The notes beneath the pieces were generated by a model. That model was not told where the DNA came from. It did no database searches and saw nothing but the letters and a program-made list of their open reading frames with translations. From the NCBI GenBank assembly GCA_976551045.1, contig CDPCPM010000280.1, positions 1,922,001 to 1,986,000 of the forward strand: a stretch of DNA of 64,000 nt, written 5' to 3'. The DNA comes from Glaucostegus cemiculus. Taxonomy: Eukaryota. Positions 13,266-25,230 of the stretch are shown here, piece after piece. The first letter of the stretch is position 1, and each line of letters begins with the position of its first letter. A program made the translations under genes and the position numbers.

Positions 13266-13999
13266 CTATGATACTTAAAGGAAAGACTTCCTTACCAGTT
13301 TTGTTTTGTTTGGTTGCAAGTTCTGACCCATGTAAAAACATTGCTTTGAAACTTTCACAGAATACTGGATGAGCAAAAATAGATTTAGCTACATGCAGAA
13401 GACAAGTCATAATGCAAATGTAAAAGTAGGTTAATACTTTCCTGAAGGCAATCGGTTGGAAGCTTGCAGTAAATAAGGAGACACAGATTTCAGAGAAGAA
13501 ACCTTGAGTATAATTTGGGGTTACAACTGATTTGGATCATGGCAAAAGTGCAATGATTTCCTGCAGTTTTACTGTAATTTAATTTTTTTTTAAAAAAAAT
13601 AAATACAAAAGGCACAATTAGCCTTTGTCACAGACTCACTGGTGGACTCCTAAGGCTTACAGCAGCTCCTTCAATTAATTAGGTGATCTAGAGGGGAAAA
13701 CTGACCTTGTCTGATCTTGGCTGTCAACTAGGCAACAGAAAGAAGGAAATGGGAGAATAATAAAATCATTAATAGATAAAAAACTGCAATTTGCACATGT
13801 AGACAGGATATATTTACATATTTGGCAACATATATCAAACTTGAGCTGAATGTTTAATACTGTCACATAAAATATTTTATGTTTAGATGCTGAATTGCTC
13901 CTGGTTTATTGTTAAATCACTCATCTAAGAGGCTTATCTAAGACCATCAAACAAGCAGACTAATAAACAGAGGCAACAGAAGGGGTCAACAGGGGTGCT

Positions 14000-14290
14000 G
14001 GGAGCTGCACAGCAATATTGGCGAACATGTGGAAGCTGTCAGGTGGTTACAGAAAATGTCACTGAAGAGCAGCGTGTAGATGAGGACTAGTTGGATTTCC
14101 AGAGATGCAGCTTTGGGAAACTGTGGGAGGTGAAAGGAAGCAAAGTCACAACCAGGGATGCTATGGCTATAAATAGATAGGAAACCAGGAGAGAGTCATC
14201 CCAAAGAATTTTACAAGTGTGAAGCAAAGATTGGGTTAAAGAGTGCAGAGATCAAGGAGGCTGACGAGGATGGTTCTCTAAGGAATCAGG
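14000..14290 (-). mobile_element. L2-like LINE RT fragment
   Basis: gaagagcagcgtgtagatgaggactagttggatttccagagatgcagctttggg resembles the antisense of the L2 RT PQGS region. Confidence 0.4.
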
Positions 14291-15039
14291 TCACATAAGC
14301 CTTGTATAGATCCTGATAGAAATCTTGACAAAAATAAGTAAGTTGAATGAGACTGAATGGCCTTCTTTTGCTGTTAATTTTCAGTATATTTTTCATGGTC
14401 CTGATGATTATAGGCATGGGTAGATGACTTAAAAGAATGACCCTTCCTGGGGAACAGTAATATTAAAAAACAAGCATAAAAGTCACACTTTGTGATTTCA
14501 CATTGTTCTATCTTTTTCATTTGCCCTTTCATGGCTATTAATTAATGATTAATAATTAAGCAAACTTTGATACTTAAAGGACCTGATAACATTTGTAGTG
14601 CCTGAGATCTCTGAAAATCCCATTCCTTTTTCTGGTTGATCAGATAAAAGGCAATTTCATTTAATTACAGATCCTGACAAATTAAAACATTTGCATACAT
14701 TTTATTTGAGAGGGAAGTTGGAGAGAAATCTTGAAAGTCATTTCTGTTGAGCACTACTGTTTATAGAAAAAGTTAACCTATTCATCATCCACATGCAGGG
14801 AACTGGATCAGGTTCTGTAAATGTGTCACATAAATATCCTTTCTAGGAGAATCAGCCTTTCCTCAAAGGCTGTATGTTTTCAATGCAGCAACTATACTTG
14901 CTAACCATTAGTTCTTAGTCACAAAATATGAACTTTGCTATCCAACCATAAAATGCAGACTGTTTATTGAGACTGTCTGGTCAGTTACTCAAAACCAGAC
15001 AGCACATTTCATTGAACAAAACCGCAATTACAAGGTTGG

Positions 15040-15340
15040 ACTGACCCTTTCCTCACCTCTCAGCAGACAAATGTTTTACGCACACTGGGGTACAAATTTG
15101 TCATAGTTTGGTCATGGGCACAAAGGTGGCAATGAACCGGGAGGCTAGAGGTTCCCAAACCGATTTCATTGTTAACTTGGCCTACAGCTTGATCTTGTCC
15201 TGTCTCCACATACAGCCTACCAAGTGGAGAAATTAATCCAGGTCACCAGCAGGATCAGTACAGCTAAGACCAGCAAGCTTTCCTGAGGCATGCCTACCCT
15301 TCCTGGCTCAACATTAATGGTTTTGTTGCTCTCTTTAATA
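15040..15340 (-). mobile_element. Ancient SINE, same family as 26865-27190
   Basis: cagcttgatcttgtcctgtctccaca…ggtcaccagcaggatcag is the antisense of the family core. Confidence 0.4.
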
Positions 15341-16524
15341 ATAAAAAAAGAGAATCCAGAACAGAGCTCACCAACAACCTGGCCATCTTTGAAATGCAGT
15401 GCATTGGCAAGGTAACTTCAGGGAGTTGTTTCATTCCTCACCTATCAATGGGAGAGGCACAGCACTGGTTCTGGGGAGCACCTGACACAATATATGGTGT
15501 GATTCAGCCATTCCTTTGGGTGCAGGAGATTCATCCCCAAAAGTGGCTCCCTTTGTAATTACATTCGATCGGAAGGCTGCCACAATGGGGCCCAATTTCA
15601 ACCCCATTGACCTCATTCTCAATCCATGAAAAAAAACAAAGGGTGTGTTCAAACATAGAGATGGCACTTCTGCTTGCTAACAGATATTGATAGATATGTA
15701 TTTTTATACTTTCAGCTTTGTGACATTCGTGAAACAGATAATGTCACATATTCCAATACCTTACCAAAATCTAGTGATTAAGCCAACAAACTCTGTCACA
15801 CTTTGCAATGCTCTGTGCACCATGATGAAATATTTTATCATTGAACTCAGTCATTCAACGTGATGGAGAACTCTGTACCTTGTCTGGTGACACATTTTTT
15901 GAGATTAGATATTAGGCTTTTATGCATTGGACACACAGAGATACCTGGTGACACAATGAATGGCAGGTAGGAGATTGTACGGTGCTGGTGAAACATGCAG
16001 ATGCCTTGCACATTGAAGCAAGGATAATCTGTAAAGTTGAGAGCTGCTTCCTCAAGTTAAGGGCCCAATCTTACCAAAGGTTCTTTTAGGATATCAGAGG
16101 TGTACATCTTCTTCTAGCTAAGTACTTTTTTTGTGTTCTGTTAGCGATAAGTTGCATCGTACCGCTCAATCACCTTACCAACACCCTTCCCCTCCCAACA
16201 ACATCTCCTGCCATTCCAGCTCCTCCATGATCCTTCTTATCCTTCCCTTCCCCATCAATTATTTCTGGCCTCCCACAATCAGGTTTCTAATTCACTTCCT
16301 CTGCCAACTCCACTAATGGCAAGACATTGCAAATGGAAGACATTTGTTCACGTTTCCTTGTGTGGCGTCTATTTTACTGGGCTTGGTGCCTCAGGCATCA
16401 CATAACATTCCACTGTCTCAGACAAAACTGGTGCAGATCCTTTGTATGCTGTTGCTGTAAATGCACACTTTCGGACTCATTACAACCCTTAATAGATTTA
16501 GTTTGTCCACCAAAATGCATTTAA

Positions 16525-16670
16525 TGTGTTCAAGGGAAGTACCCACAGACAGATGTGGAGTTAGTGATGTTCGCGATGTCGGATGGTGTGGAAAGATGCT
16601 CATTCACAATACAAGATGGGCATTGGCCAATGGGCTGAATGGCCTTCTCAGTTGTAAATTCCAAGTAAAA
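16525..16670 (+). mobile_element. CR1 LINE 3' end
   Basis: ttcaagggaag…ggccaatgggctgaatggccttctcagttgtaaattc tail. Confidence 0.6.
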
Positions 16671-17400
16671 TGGTTTTAGTTCAGACCTTCCAAAGTTTAT
16701 ACACAATTCAGAGAAGATAATGGGGACCCATGATCACAGGATGTCCAAATGCCAGCCGCCACATTCCAAAATCTTTCCCAATGTTGCATCAAATATAGCT
16801 ACATCAGAGAAGGGGGTATATTTTCAGGGCAAAGAACACTGAGAATACGTCATCCACGTCTGACTACTTGAGGCTAATGAGACAATTACTGCCATGTAGA
16901 CTGCTAATATGGCAGAAAAATCATCAGTTGAGATCAGATGGGTTGAATTAAAGACTAGAATAAGAAAGGGGCGATAGTTCCCCTGGAACCTACGATTAAA
17001 AAATTGTCAGAGGAAAATAGAATTCAAATTCTGAGGTGCAAAAGTAACAAGGCAGTAATAGAAAGAGATTTCATTAACTTGAAAGGAAACGATGGAAAAG
17101 TTACAGGTGGTGGAGAATTCTTTAGAATGTATTTGGAAATATGTTTAAATCAGTACACAGTAGTGTAACAAAATAGGGGCTGATTCTGGTAGTTCCAGGC
17201 AATGAAGCCAGTTTGGTGAGAAGGGTGGAGAGACATTTTGGTGGTGTTCAGTAAGAGTTTGGATAGCAATAGAAAAGGATAAAGTGAGTTCTGAATGTAG
17301 GAGGGCCAAATGCACTAGACTGGGGTACAATTTAGCAAAAATTGACTGGAAGCAGCTATTAAAAATGGTAAACAGTTGAAAGGAGGAATCAGCTTTAAGG

Positions 17401-18600
17401 ATATCGCCATTTCAGCAATGGATGGAAGATCATTGATGAAGCAGTTGAAGATAGTTGGGCCTAGGACATAGAGTTGAGAAACTCCTACAATGACGCTTAG
17501 TAACCAAGATAATTGACCAGCAACAATCAAATCACTTTCCTTTGTGTGTGGTATGACTCTCCAGCCAGTGAGGAGATTTCCCTAGCTTCTTACTGACTTC
17601 AGTTTTATTGGATCATTGATGCCATTCAGGTCAAACAATGCTTTGCATCAAGAGCAGGCATACTTGCAATAGAAGTGTTCATCAATGAGTGCATAAAGTT
17701 CAACTCCACTTGCACCCTCTCAGAAAATAAAGCAGTCTATACCCACATGCAGCAAGATACGGATATCGTTTAGGCATGGACAGCTGCATGGAAAACAGTA
17801 TTTATGCCACAAAACTGTCTAAACACTCCTGACATTCAATGGCATTAACTTCAGGATCTCAATGCTGGGATGATGAGTGGAGATCCCATTGACCAGATTA
17901 GCCAAAAAAATGTAATGGCTAGAAGAGCTGGATATCCTGTGATGGGTGACACATCTCCATACTCCTGAAGCCTTTTCACCATTTCTGAAGTGCCAGACAG
18001 ATATGTGATGGTAAACTCTCCATTTGCCTGCATTGCTGAAGCTTCAACACACCATCCAGGACAAAAGAATCTCCTTGACTTACAGCTCATCCAGCACTTT
18101 AGACATTCACACTCTCCATCGCTCATGCAGCAGGCTTGCAATGTGCCTTACCTATTATCATGTTTCTTTTCAAGTAATAAATGTTGCAGCCTTATATACC
18201 TGCACAAAATCGATGCTAGCCTCCTAGACAGGCTTCTTCAATGGCATTTCCCAAACCCATGTCCTCTACCACTTGGAAAGTCAGGGACAGTAAGCAAATC
18301 ACCATATGGAAGTTCCAATCCAAGTTACATACTTGGAGGGGATGTGGAAATATGCTAATATTCCTTCATCAGTGGGTCTTAACACAGGCACTCTCTAGCC
18401 AACAGCAGGGCAGAAGTATAATTCTATGATTAAGTATGAGGTGGGCCAAAAGGGCTTGTTTCTGTGCTGTATGATTCGAAGTACTGTCACCTCAAGGATA
18501 AAATGGATCAAATTAACGCTCAACACCATCATCTCAATGACGACTTCACATCAAAAATAAATGCTGGCCTTACCAGGGATGGTCATTAAAAGAAAAATAA
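17401..18600 (+). mobile_element. CR1/L2-group LINE, 5'-truncated, with inverted 5' segment (17401-17665 on - strand)
   Basis: - strand: ALD..KALFD..HWLESY…VGVSQLYVLGPTIFNCFINDLPSI. + strand from ~17670: EVFINEC..HMQQDTDIV*AW..TIQDK..DIHTLH..QWHFPNPCPLP, then an aataaatgctggcctt tail. Confidence 0.75.
18400..18478 (+). mobile_element. CR1 3' tail nested in the LINE above
   Basis: gtgggccaaaagggcttgtttctgtgctgtatgattc. Confidence 0.65.
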
Positions 18601-19749
18601 GGTTCAGAACAGGGGAAGGCATTTAAGGAGGGTCATTATAGGCTCAGATCAATGCATAACGTGGTTGGATCAGCACTCCTTATACTGCCTCTAACATTCA
18701 TTTTGGATGAATTTCCAATACACTTTTTCAGTAAGAAAATGTGTTATATTTTAAAATTTGGACTGTCTGGATATCAAGGATAGATTGAATAATGCAAAAA
18801 AAAAGGAAAGCTTAAAAGGAAAGTTTCTGTCTAGTACTGAGAATCCAATATTACAGAAAGTCTGCAAGGGTATGCAAAGCTCAGGAGTGAAATTGAAAAC
18901 TTAATGCATAACAAAATATTGGTAAGTAAAATTAAGGGAAACTTAAATATGATTTATAAATCGATAACAGGCATGCAAATAAAGGAAAGAGCAGGTAGCA
19001 GGAACTCCAACAGCTTTTCCTGTTCCAAGGCTGAGAGATCTGCCTCTTGAGCCAGTGCTGGTTAAACCTAGAAGACATTCACTGCTGGGAGATAAGTATT
19101 TGTTTACTTTTTATTTAAATTGGTTTCTTAGTGAATGGGCTTTACTATACTAAATGTTAATTAAAAATATCAGTATTTTTAAACAGTATATTTTATTTCT
19201 TATTTTTAAAAGCCCAAGTGGTCCTGAATGTGTGCAAATGACATTCAGTGACTGGCGGATTTGGCAGCTGGGGGAGGGAGCGTGGGGCACATTGAGCGGT
19301 GCAGCCTGGTTACACTGTGGCAGCCCCTCCAATGCCCCAAGCTGGGCCTAAATGTCAGGAACTAGGCCAGGCTCCCCACGCATGACTACACCAGGGACCA
19401 TGCTCGAACAGTGTGGCCCAGGAGCAGTCGGCTAGTGGTTCCAGAAGTTTCTGCCAACACTCCCCCCACTCCTCCACCATTCCCAATTATTAAACAGCAA
19501 GAGAAGATGTTAAAAGCTCCAGCACCTTTAAAAGCAGATTATCAGGACCAAGATGTTTAGAAAAGGAGAGGAGATAATAAGGTGCATGGAGCACCATACT
19601 CCAATCCCCTCTGGTCACAGGAGTGGTGCCAGGGAGGCTGATTTTGCTGGTAAAGGGGTCAAAGAAAAGGTAAAAAGTGATATAAACACACACCACATTT
19701 AAAGAGTGCCTGGCCACGCTCTCGATATCCCATTGCCCATCGGCCAAGA

Positions 19750-20480
19750 GCAAGAGTGTGTATGTAATTGGACTGAATTGCTCTTTTTCAGCCGGCACAG
19801 ACTTGGAAGAGACAAATGGCCTCTTCCCATGCTGTTAATTTCCACAACACATGAAAACAGAACAAGTTACATCCCTCTGATCTGTGCTCCACTGAAAAAG
19901 TAAAACTGTTTTACAAAATCCTATATACATGCATTGGGGGGGGGGGGGGGGCTGCAGAAAACCAGCTGCAAAATGCAACAATTTTGTCATTTCCTTAAGG
20001 AGACTGAGTCAAATTAGAGGAAGGCAATTCTGCTGTGTGCTATTGGTACAGTGCACCTCAGTTTCTATGTGCAGCACACGGTACTGGCAAAAGTGAATAG
20101 GATGAACTGCACTCTCCCATCCGGTGACCTCCACTGGCCTATGCATACATATAAATCTGCACACATAAAAACCAAGTCAAACTAATAAGGCCATAGCCTT
20201 GAACTTTAATGGACAGTTTGAAACAGTGAAGGACTTCTCTAACGCCTCAGAGAAATTACAGTACTTTCCCAAACAAGCTTTGCTTTTCCTCAATGCATCA
20301 GACATTCCAATGGCATGACTCATTCAGCAGTGGGGAGGGGGGGAAGAGGGGCTTTGGGGGTGAGGGAATGGGTAGTAACACTGGATGTCTGCCACCAGCT
20401 ATTCATCAAAACAGATCAATACAAGACGTACAAACATTTCCATCCATAATTAAAGAAAATGTCACTGAACTATAAGTGCA
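19750..20480. promoter_or_regulatory. Putative enhancer (AP-1/TEAD) with G-quadruplex-prone tracts
   Basis: TGAGTCA at ~20005, ACATTCC at ~20302, TGACTCA at ~20316, a G16 run at 19936-19951 and multi-G-tract 20332-20372. No repeat recognised. Confidence 0.3.
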
Positions 20481-22819
20481 CTGAGTAGAAAACAGGATAC
20501 TGCGGTTGCACTATACAAAGCCCACATCTTTCTTTTAAAATGGCATGTGTTTTTTTTATATATATAAATGAATGATAATTTGCCCAATTATACATTTGGC
20601 ACTAAACACTAGTTTCATTCTAAACCAACTACCAGTGCAGCAAGCCAGAATTGTGCAACTGGGCAATTTTGTTTCAATTTAAAAACTAACAGACAGACTG
20701 CCAAATGTCAGCATTTGTTAATCTGGCTATGTTAAGCAGCAGCTGGCAGCGAATGAGGAGTATGCACATATAAATTTAAAAAACGTAAAATCCAAGTGCT
20801 CCATTATTTACTTTAAACATTGTACGCTTCTGGAATAGGAGTAGGAGTCTTTCAATTAAACTCAGCTACGTACACTTGCTTATACTGTAGGTAACACACA
20901 TGGTGCTGAGCAGTTCCTAAGTTGTTAAGATTCTTTGGAGCAATGTAACCCTCTTATTACAGACAGATGCTTTTCATTTCTATTGATTCAATTTCTTTGT
21001 GCTTTTTGTTTTTATTTAAGAAAACATTTTTAAATCTATTAACTTGATTAGATGTTGTGTTAAGAAACTCTCTAGACCATTAGAAAACCTTCCGTAGAAT
21101 GACCTTCAGAAGCCTGCAACACAGAAGGGGTCATGTGTCTCTCTTGTATTTTTAAAGATTGTTTTGCCAAGAATTTCTGAAACTAACATCAATGCCCTGC
21201 ACTCACTCTGTCCCACCTTATGCATCAAATATTTTTCCAAAGTTCCCTTCAAAATTACACGTCTCCAGCTCGCCAGTCCCAAAGCAAAGCATGCCAGGCT
21301 CCAAGAGTCATTGTGTAAAGAAACTGTCTGAATCTCTGCCCTCAGTAATAATTTCAAACTGATGACCCTATTGTCACTCACCGCCCAAACACAGGAAATA
21401 GTCTTTTCTTATTTATTAATACTTTTCGTAATAGCATTTTAAAATCGTTCATCGCATCTCCAATTTGGTTTCCCAGGAAAATTTTTCAGTTCATCCATTT
21501 CTTTGGCTTGCTTACAGAATTCATATGAAAGGTGTGACATTTTGGCTTTAATAAAATTCTCCATTCAAATATATCTACGTATCATTTCAGAAATTAACAA
21601 CCCTTCCTATAACACATGGAGCATACACAAGTGTAGGAAACCTGGTTTACAAAGCCATCCTTGGAAAACTTGTTGGACTTACCTGCAAATGTTCAATGTA
21701 GATCATCATGATGTTATATGAAAAAGAAGCAGAGAAAAATACTATTAGAACAATATTATCTGGAACTTTCTTCTTTATAGTACATTTTAAACATGGGACT
21801 ACCTAAATGTGACACTGATTTTAAGACCATCCACAATTTGTTTTATAAATAATTTAAAAGGGACTAACCTTATCCTTTCACTGACTTTTAATATCGAAAC
21901 TTTATTGGTAAAATAGAAATGATTTAGTGGCCAAAATTAGATTGTGTGCGTGTGTATATATTTAATACCATATTTTATCATCGACGTTTCTACTATGGTT
22001 GATCAACATGATTAATAACATATTTCCCAGTAAGCATTAGCCCCAGAGGGATGCATTATCGGGAGTATTTAGCATGAGAAGGTAGCAATATTGATCAGCA
22101 GACTTCACTTGCACATACTAAGTTCACTTGCTCTATATTTTTCTACATGATATTTTTAAACAGACGTTATCCCATTTAATATAAATGGAATAACATGTAT
22201 AAAAATATAAAGTGAAGGAATGCCATTTAGTGCACTGTTCAACTACATCTGAAACCCAACAATCATGGAATTTACATGACTGCAATGAATTTCAACAAAT
22301 CACACCCAGGATCATTTTTAATGGGAAACCCATCAAGACAATCGGTAGACAGAAAAAAGGGCCACAGTGAAACAACAAACTGGATACAACCATAGGATCT
22401 GGACCTCCCCCCAGGTTGCTGCACATTAGTTCTTTCAATAGGATTGTGTTTCTCCAAATAATCCATAGAAATGTGCTATTTTGTTTTTCTACGATGCAGG
22501 TCACACTGTTAAGAAGCCACTGGGCAAAACAGACATAAAGTCGACAGACTGACTGCTTTTGCATGCTGGTTCAAGGCCATTTAAGTGTCCCAGTAAATTT
22601 GGGATGCTAAGGGGGTTTTACCTGTAGCCAGTCAAAGTGGGATTGGGGAACCCCAGCATGCTGGAACTACATCTGAGGCCTTATGTTTCTCCTGAACCAA
22701 AAATTTCCTGGATCATTCTTTGAGCAGGGTAAAGTGGCCCCTAGTCCCAAGGCTTGCTATAACTTGTTAGAACTTGTGCAGTGAACGATCAGCCCACTAA
22801 CACCTCAATTGCTTAAAGT

Positions 22820-22925
22820 CCAAAATATAAACAGAAAATTTTGGAGGCATTCCAGTCAGGCAGCCTCTATGGAGAAAGAAATAGCAGCATTTCAAATGCG
22901 AGCATTCCCAGCTTTTGTTACACTT
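22820..22925. mobile_element. Penelope-derived short relic
   Basis: aaacagaaaattttggaggcattccagtcaggcagcctctatggagaaagaa followed by an inverted gagcattcccagc arm. Confidence 0.55.
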
Positions 22926-24622
22926 CAGGGATCCTGCTCTTATTTGTGGAGCTGAACAGAACTCACAAGAGGTCACAAATTAGACCCAATGGAAATTATG
23001 AACAATTCAGATATGTGATTGTAGCTATGAGGAACAGACCACAGAGCACCTAACAACCCAACCTGCAATCCATAAACACAGAGGAGCTATCAGGGTGGTG
23101 TACTCTACCAGCCAAGGTACAACTATCTGGCTTTGATATCATTGTGTGAAATTATAGTTGTTGCCCTTGTAGATGGCTGTATGGAAGAGAAAAGAGTCAG
23201 GGAGAGAGACACAGATAGAGAAAGTGTTGGGGGGTGGGTGGGGGGTTGGAAAAAGACAGAAAGTGGATGATCCTTTTGTCACAAACTATTTAATGAGTTC
23301 TTTGTTTTAAACTGAAATTGAGGACACTGCAGACAAAATCAATAATGCAATTATTTGCAGTCTAACTTGTACACCCTTTGAGCATTTTAATATAAAGTGA
23401 GAAGAGAGAAACTGCTGCATGATCTCTTAAATACAGCCAATGAATGCCTACAAAAGGAATGCCAGTTCTTTAATGTAGTATTCTGTTTCTTCAGCTTTCC
23501 TCTCCTTCTTCCAAAAAAAAGTATTCAATAGCTGTACAGCACAGATTGGGAGGGAAGGCCAGCGATTGAAGATCATGCCAAGTTTCCATCTGGAACCAGA
23601 CCCTTTCATTCGTTGTGGTCGTCTATACAAAAGCCTTATGGTGCAGCAAAATGCCATGAATTATGTATTACAGTCGACGGACATTGTAAGGGAGTGTGGG
23701 GGACCTGCGACATGAGCATGGTGATCTATACAAGTCAGAGTATGCTCCAAAAAAAAAAAAGGGGAAACAGTACAAGGCTTGGGGCAGGAAAGGAGGAATG
23801 GAAATGTGCACAATTCACAGCTTGGAGTGGGACAGCCAAGTTAAATATAAAAAGCGTTTGTGCATGAAAATGAGCCCCATCTATCTGCAAAGACAGATTT
23901 CTTACCCTTTTCTTCAATGTGTGTATCACTAGGTTATAACTAGGTCTGTCTGTTAAACCCCAATCTATGCTAAATCTACATGACATCAATCACTTCTAAG
24001 ATATTTAACTAGAAATTCTAGTGTGCCATAAGGGACGCCCAAGTGACAAGTGTTAGTTGTTGGCACTCTTTCAAAAACTTCAAGTTGCACATTTTTGGCA
24101 CTGAAAGTATACCACCCGACTGAAAATATACAATCCTGGAGGCTGGGCTCTGACTGTCAGTGGCCACTGGGCCAAAGGACCAACCTCGCAGAGCGATATG
24201 GTCTTTATTCCCCTACAATGTTTCTGGTCAAACTTCTAAGTGAAGTGAAACAATCTGGAAGTAGCCATTATCCCGTTTCACTTTTGCAGACGGGGAGCAG
24301 CGTGGAAATCCATTTTCTGCTGCGTAAAGCTGAAAAAGAACAACGTTTAGCAACTGAATTTGTCGGTGGTTCTCCTTTCCCCAAAAAACACCATGAATAT
24401 TAAAACAAATTGAGTAAGGCAATATTGAATTTTCTTGAAGCTACACTAGTTGTAGGGTAAAGCTGCCTGTAAATTGTGATGTCTTCAGTACACTGTACTG
24501 AAATCCCTCAAGAAAAACTTTATAAAAATAGTTGAAAACCTTAAAATATTTTAAAAGAACTCTCAAACACAAAGTAGCATTTACTGTGATATTTCAAGTG
24601 GCATCAGATTCAGGTAAACCTA

Positions 24623-24901
24623 CAGGCCGTCTCTGGGTTACAAACGCACATGGACACCTGTACATATGAATGAGTTCTTGTAATATTATTGAATCCAAAA
24701 GTTCACCGCATGTTTTCGCTCTTCACTTTCAGTAATTGTTCTTTCAAATTAGTCTTATGTGCTTTTGATGCCATTCATTACAATACCATGGAGGTGTTAC
24801 TAAATCAAGTGACTTTTGCGTATTTTCTGACTTAGGGACAAAATAGACTTAGGGACATCTGTGAAAATAGAATCTGTTCACTACTTGGGAGGAAGTAAGT
24901 G
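24623..24901. mobile_element. Tc1/mariner Tigger-like MITE
   Basis: TA-CAGGCCGTCTCTGGGTTACAAAC left end, degenerate gttcactacttggga…gtgTA right end, internal gacttagggac repeats. Confidence 0.6.
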
Positions 24902-24902
24902 T

Positions 24903-25230
24903 ATCACTTTTACACAGTGTCTTTTATAACCTCAGAATATCACAAAGTGTTTTATATTCAAAGTTTATATAATTGCCGGAAAGAGTGAAACAGGCAATTT
25001 CTGCAGAGCCATTTCCTATAAACTGCACCGGGAGAAATGGTGACTTGGTTTTAGTGATGTAAATTTAGGCATAAATGATGGGCAGGATAGAGAAGAGCAA
25101 TGTTTTTTCCGCTCAAGGAGAAAAGGGGTCTTGTTAAACATTTCATCTGAAAAGACAGTGGCCTGGAAATGACATTGCCTACTGCAACATTTACATACAC
25201 AAAGAGACTGAATTTCTAAGTTTCCATTAC
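24903..25230 (-). mobile_element. Deu-domain SINE (SacSINE1-like)
   Basis: aacctcagaatatcacaaagtgtttta…gttttagtgatg…ataaatgatgggcagga…gttaaacatttcatctgaaaagacag matches the recalled antisense DeuSINE consensus. Confidence 0.6.

Larger units (their letters stand above)
16840..19000 (+). mobile_element. Old CR1 ORF2 (endonuclease and linker), interrupted by an insertion at 17401-18600
   Basis: EIRWVELKT…KG, NKAVIERDF and LAKIDWKQLL lie left of 17400. The element resumes with aaggttcagaacagg and LVSKIKGNLNMIYKSI…KERAG right of 18600. Confidence 0.6.
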
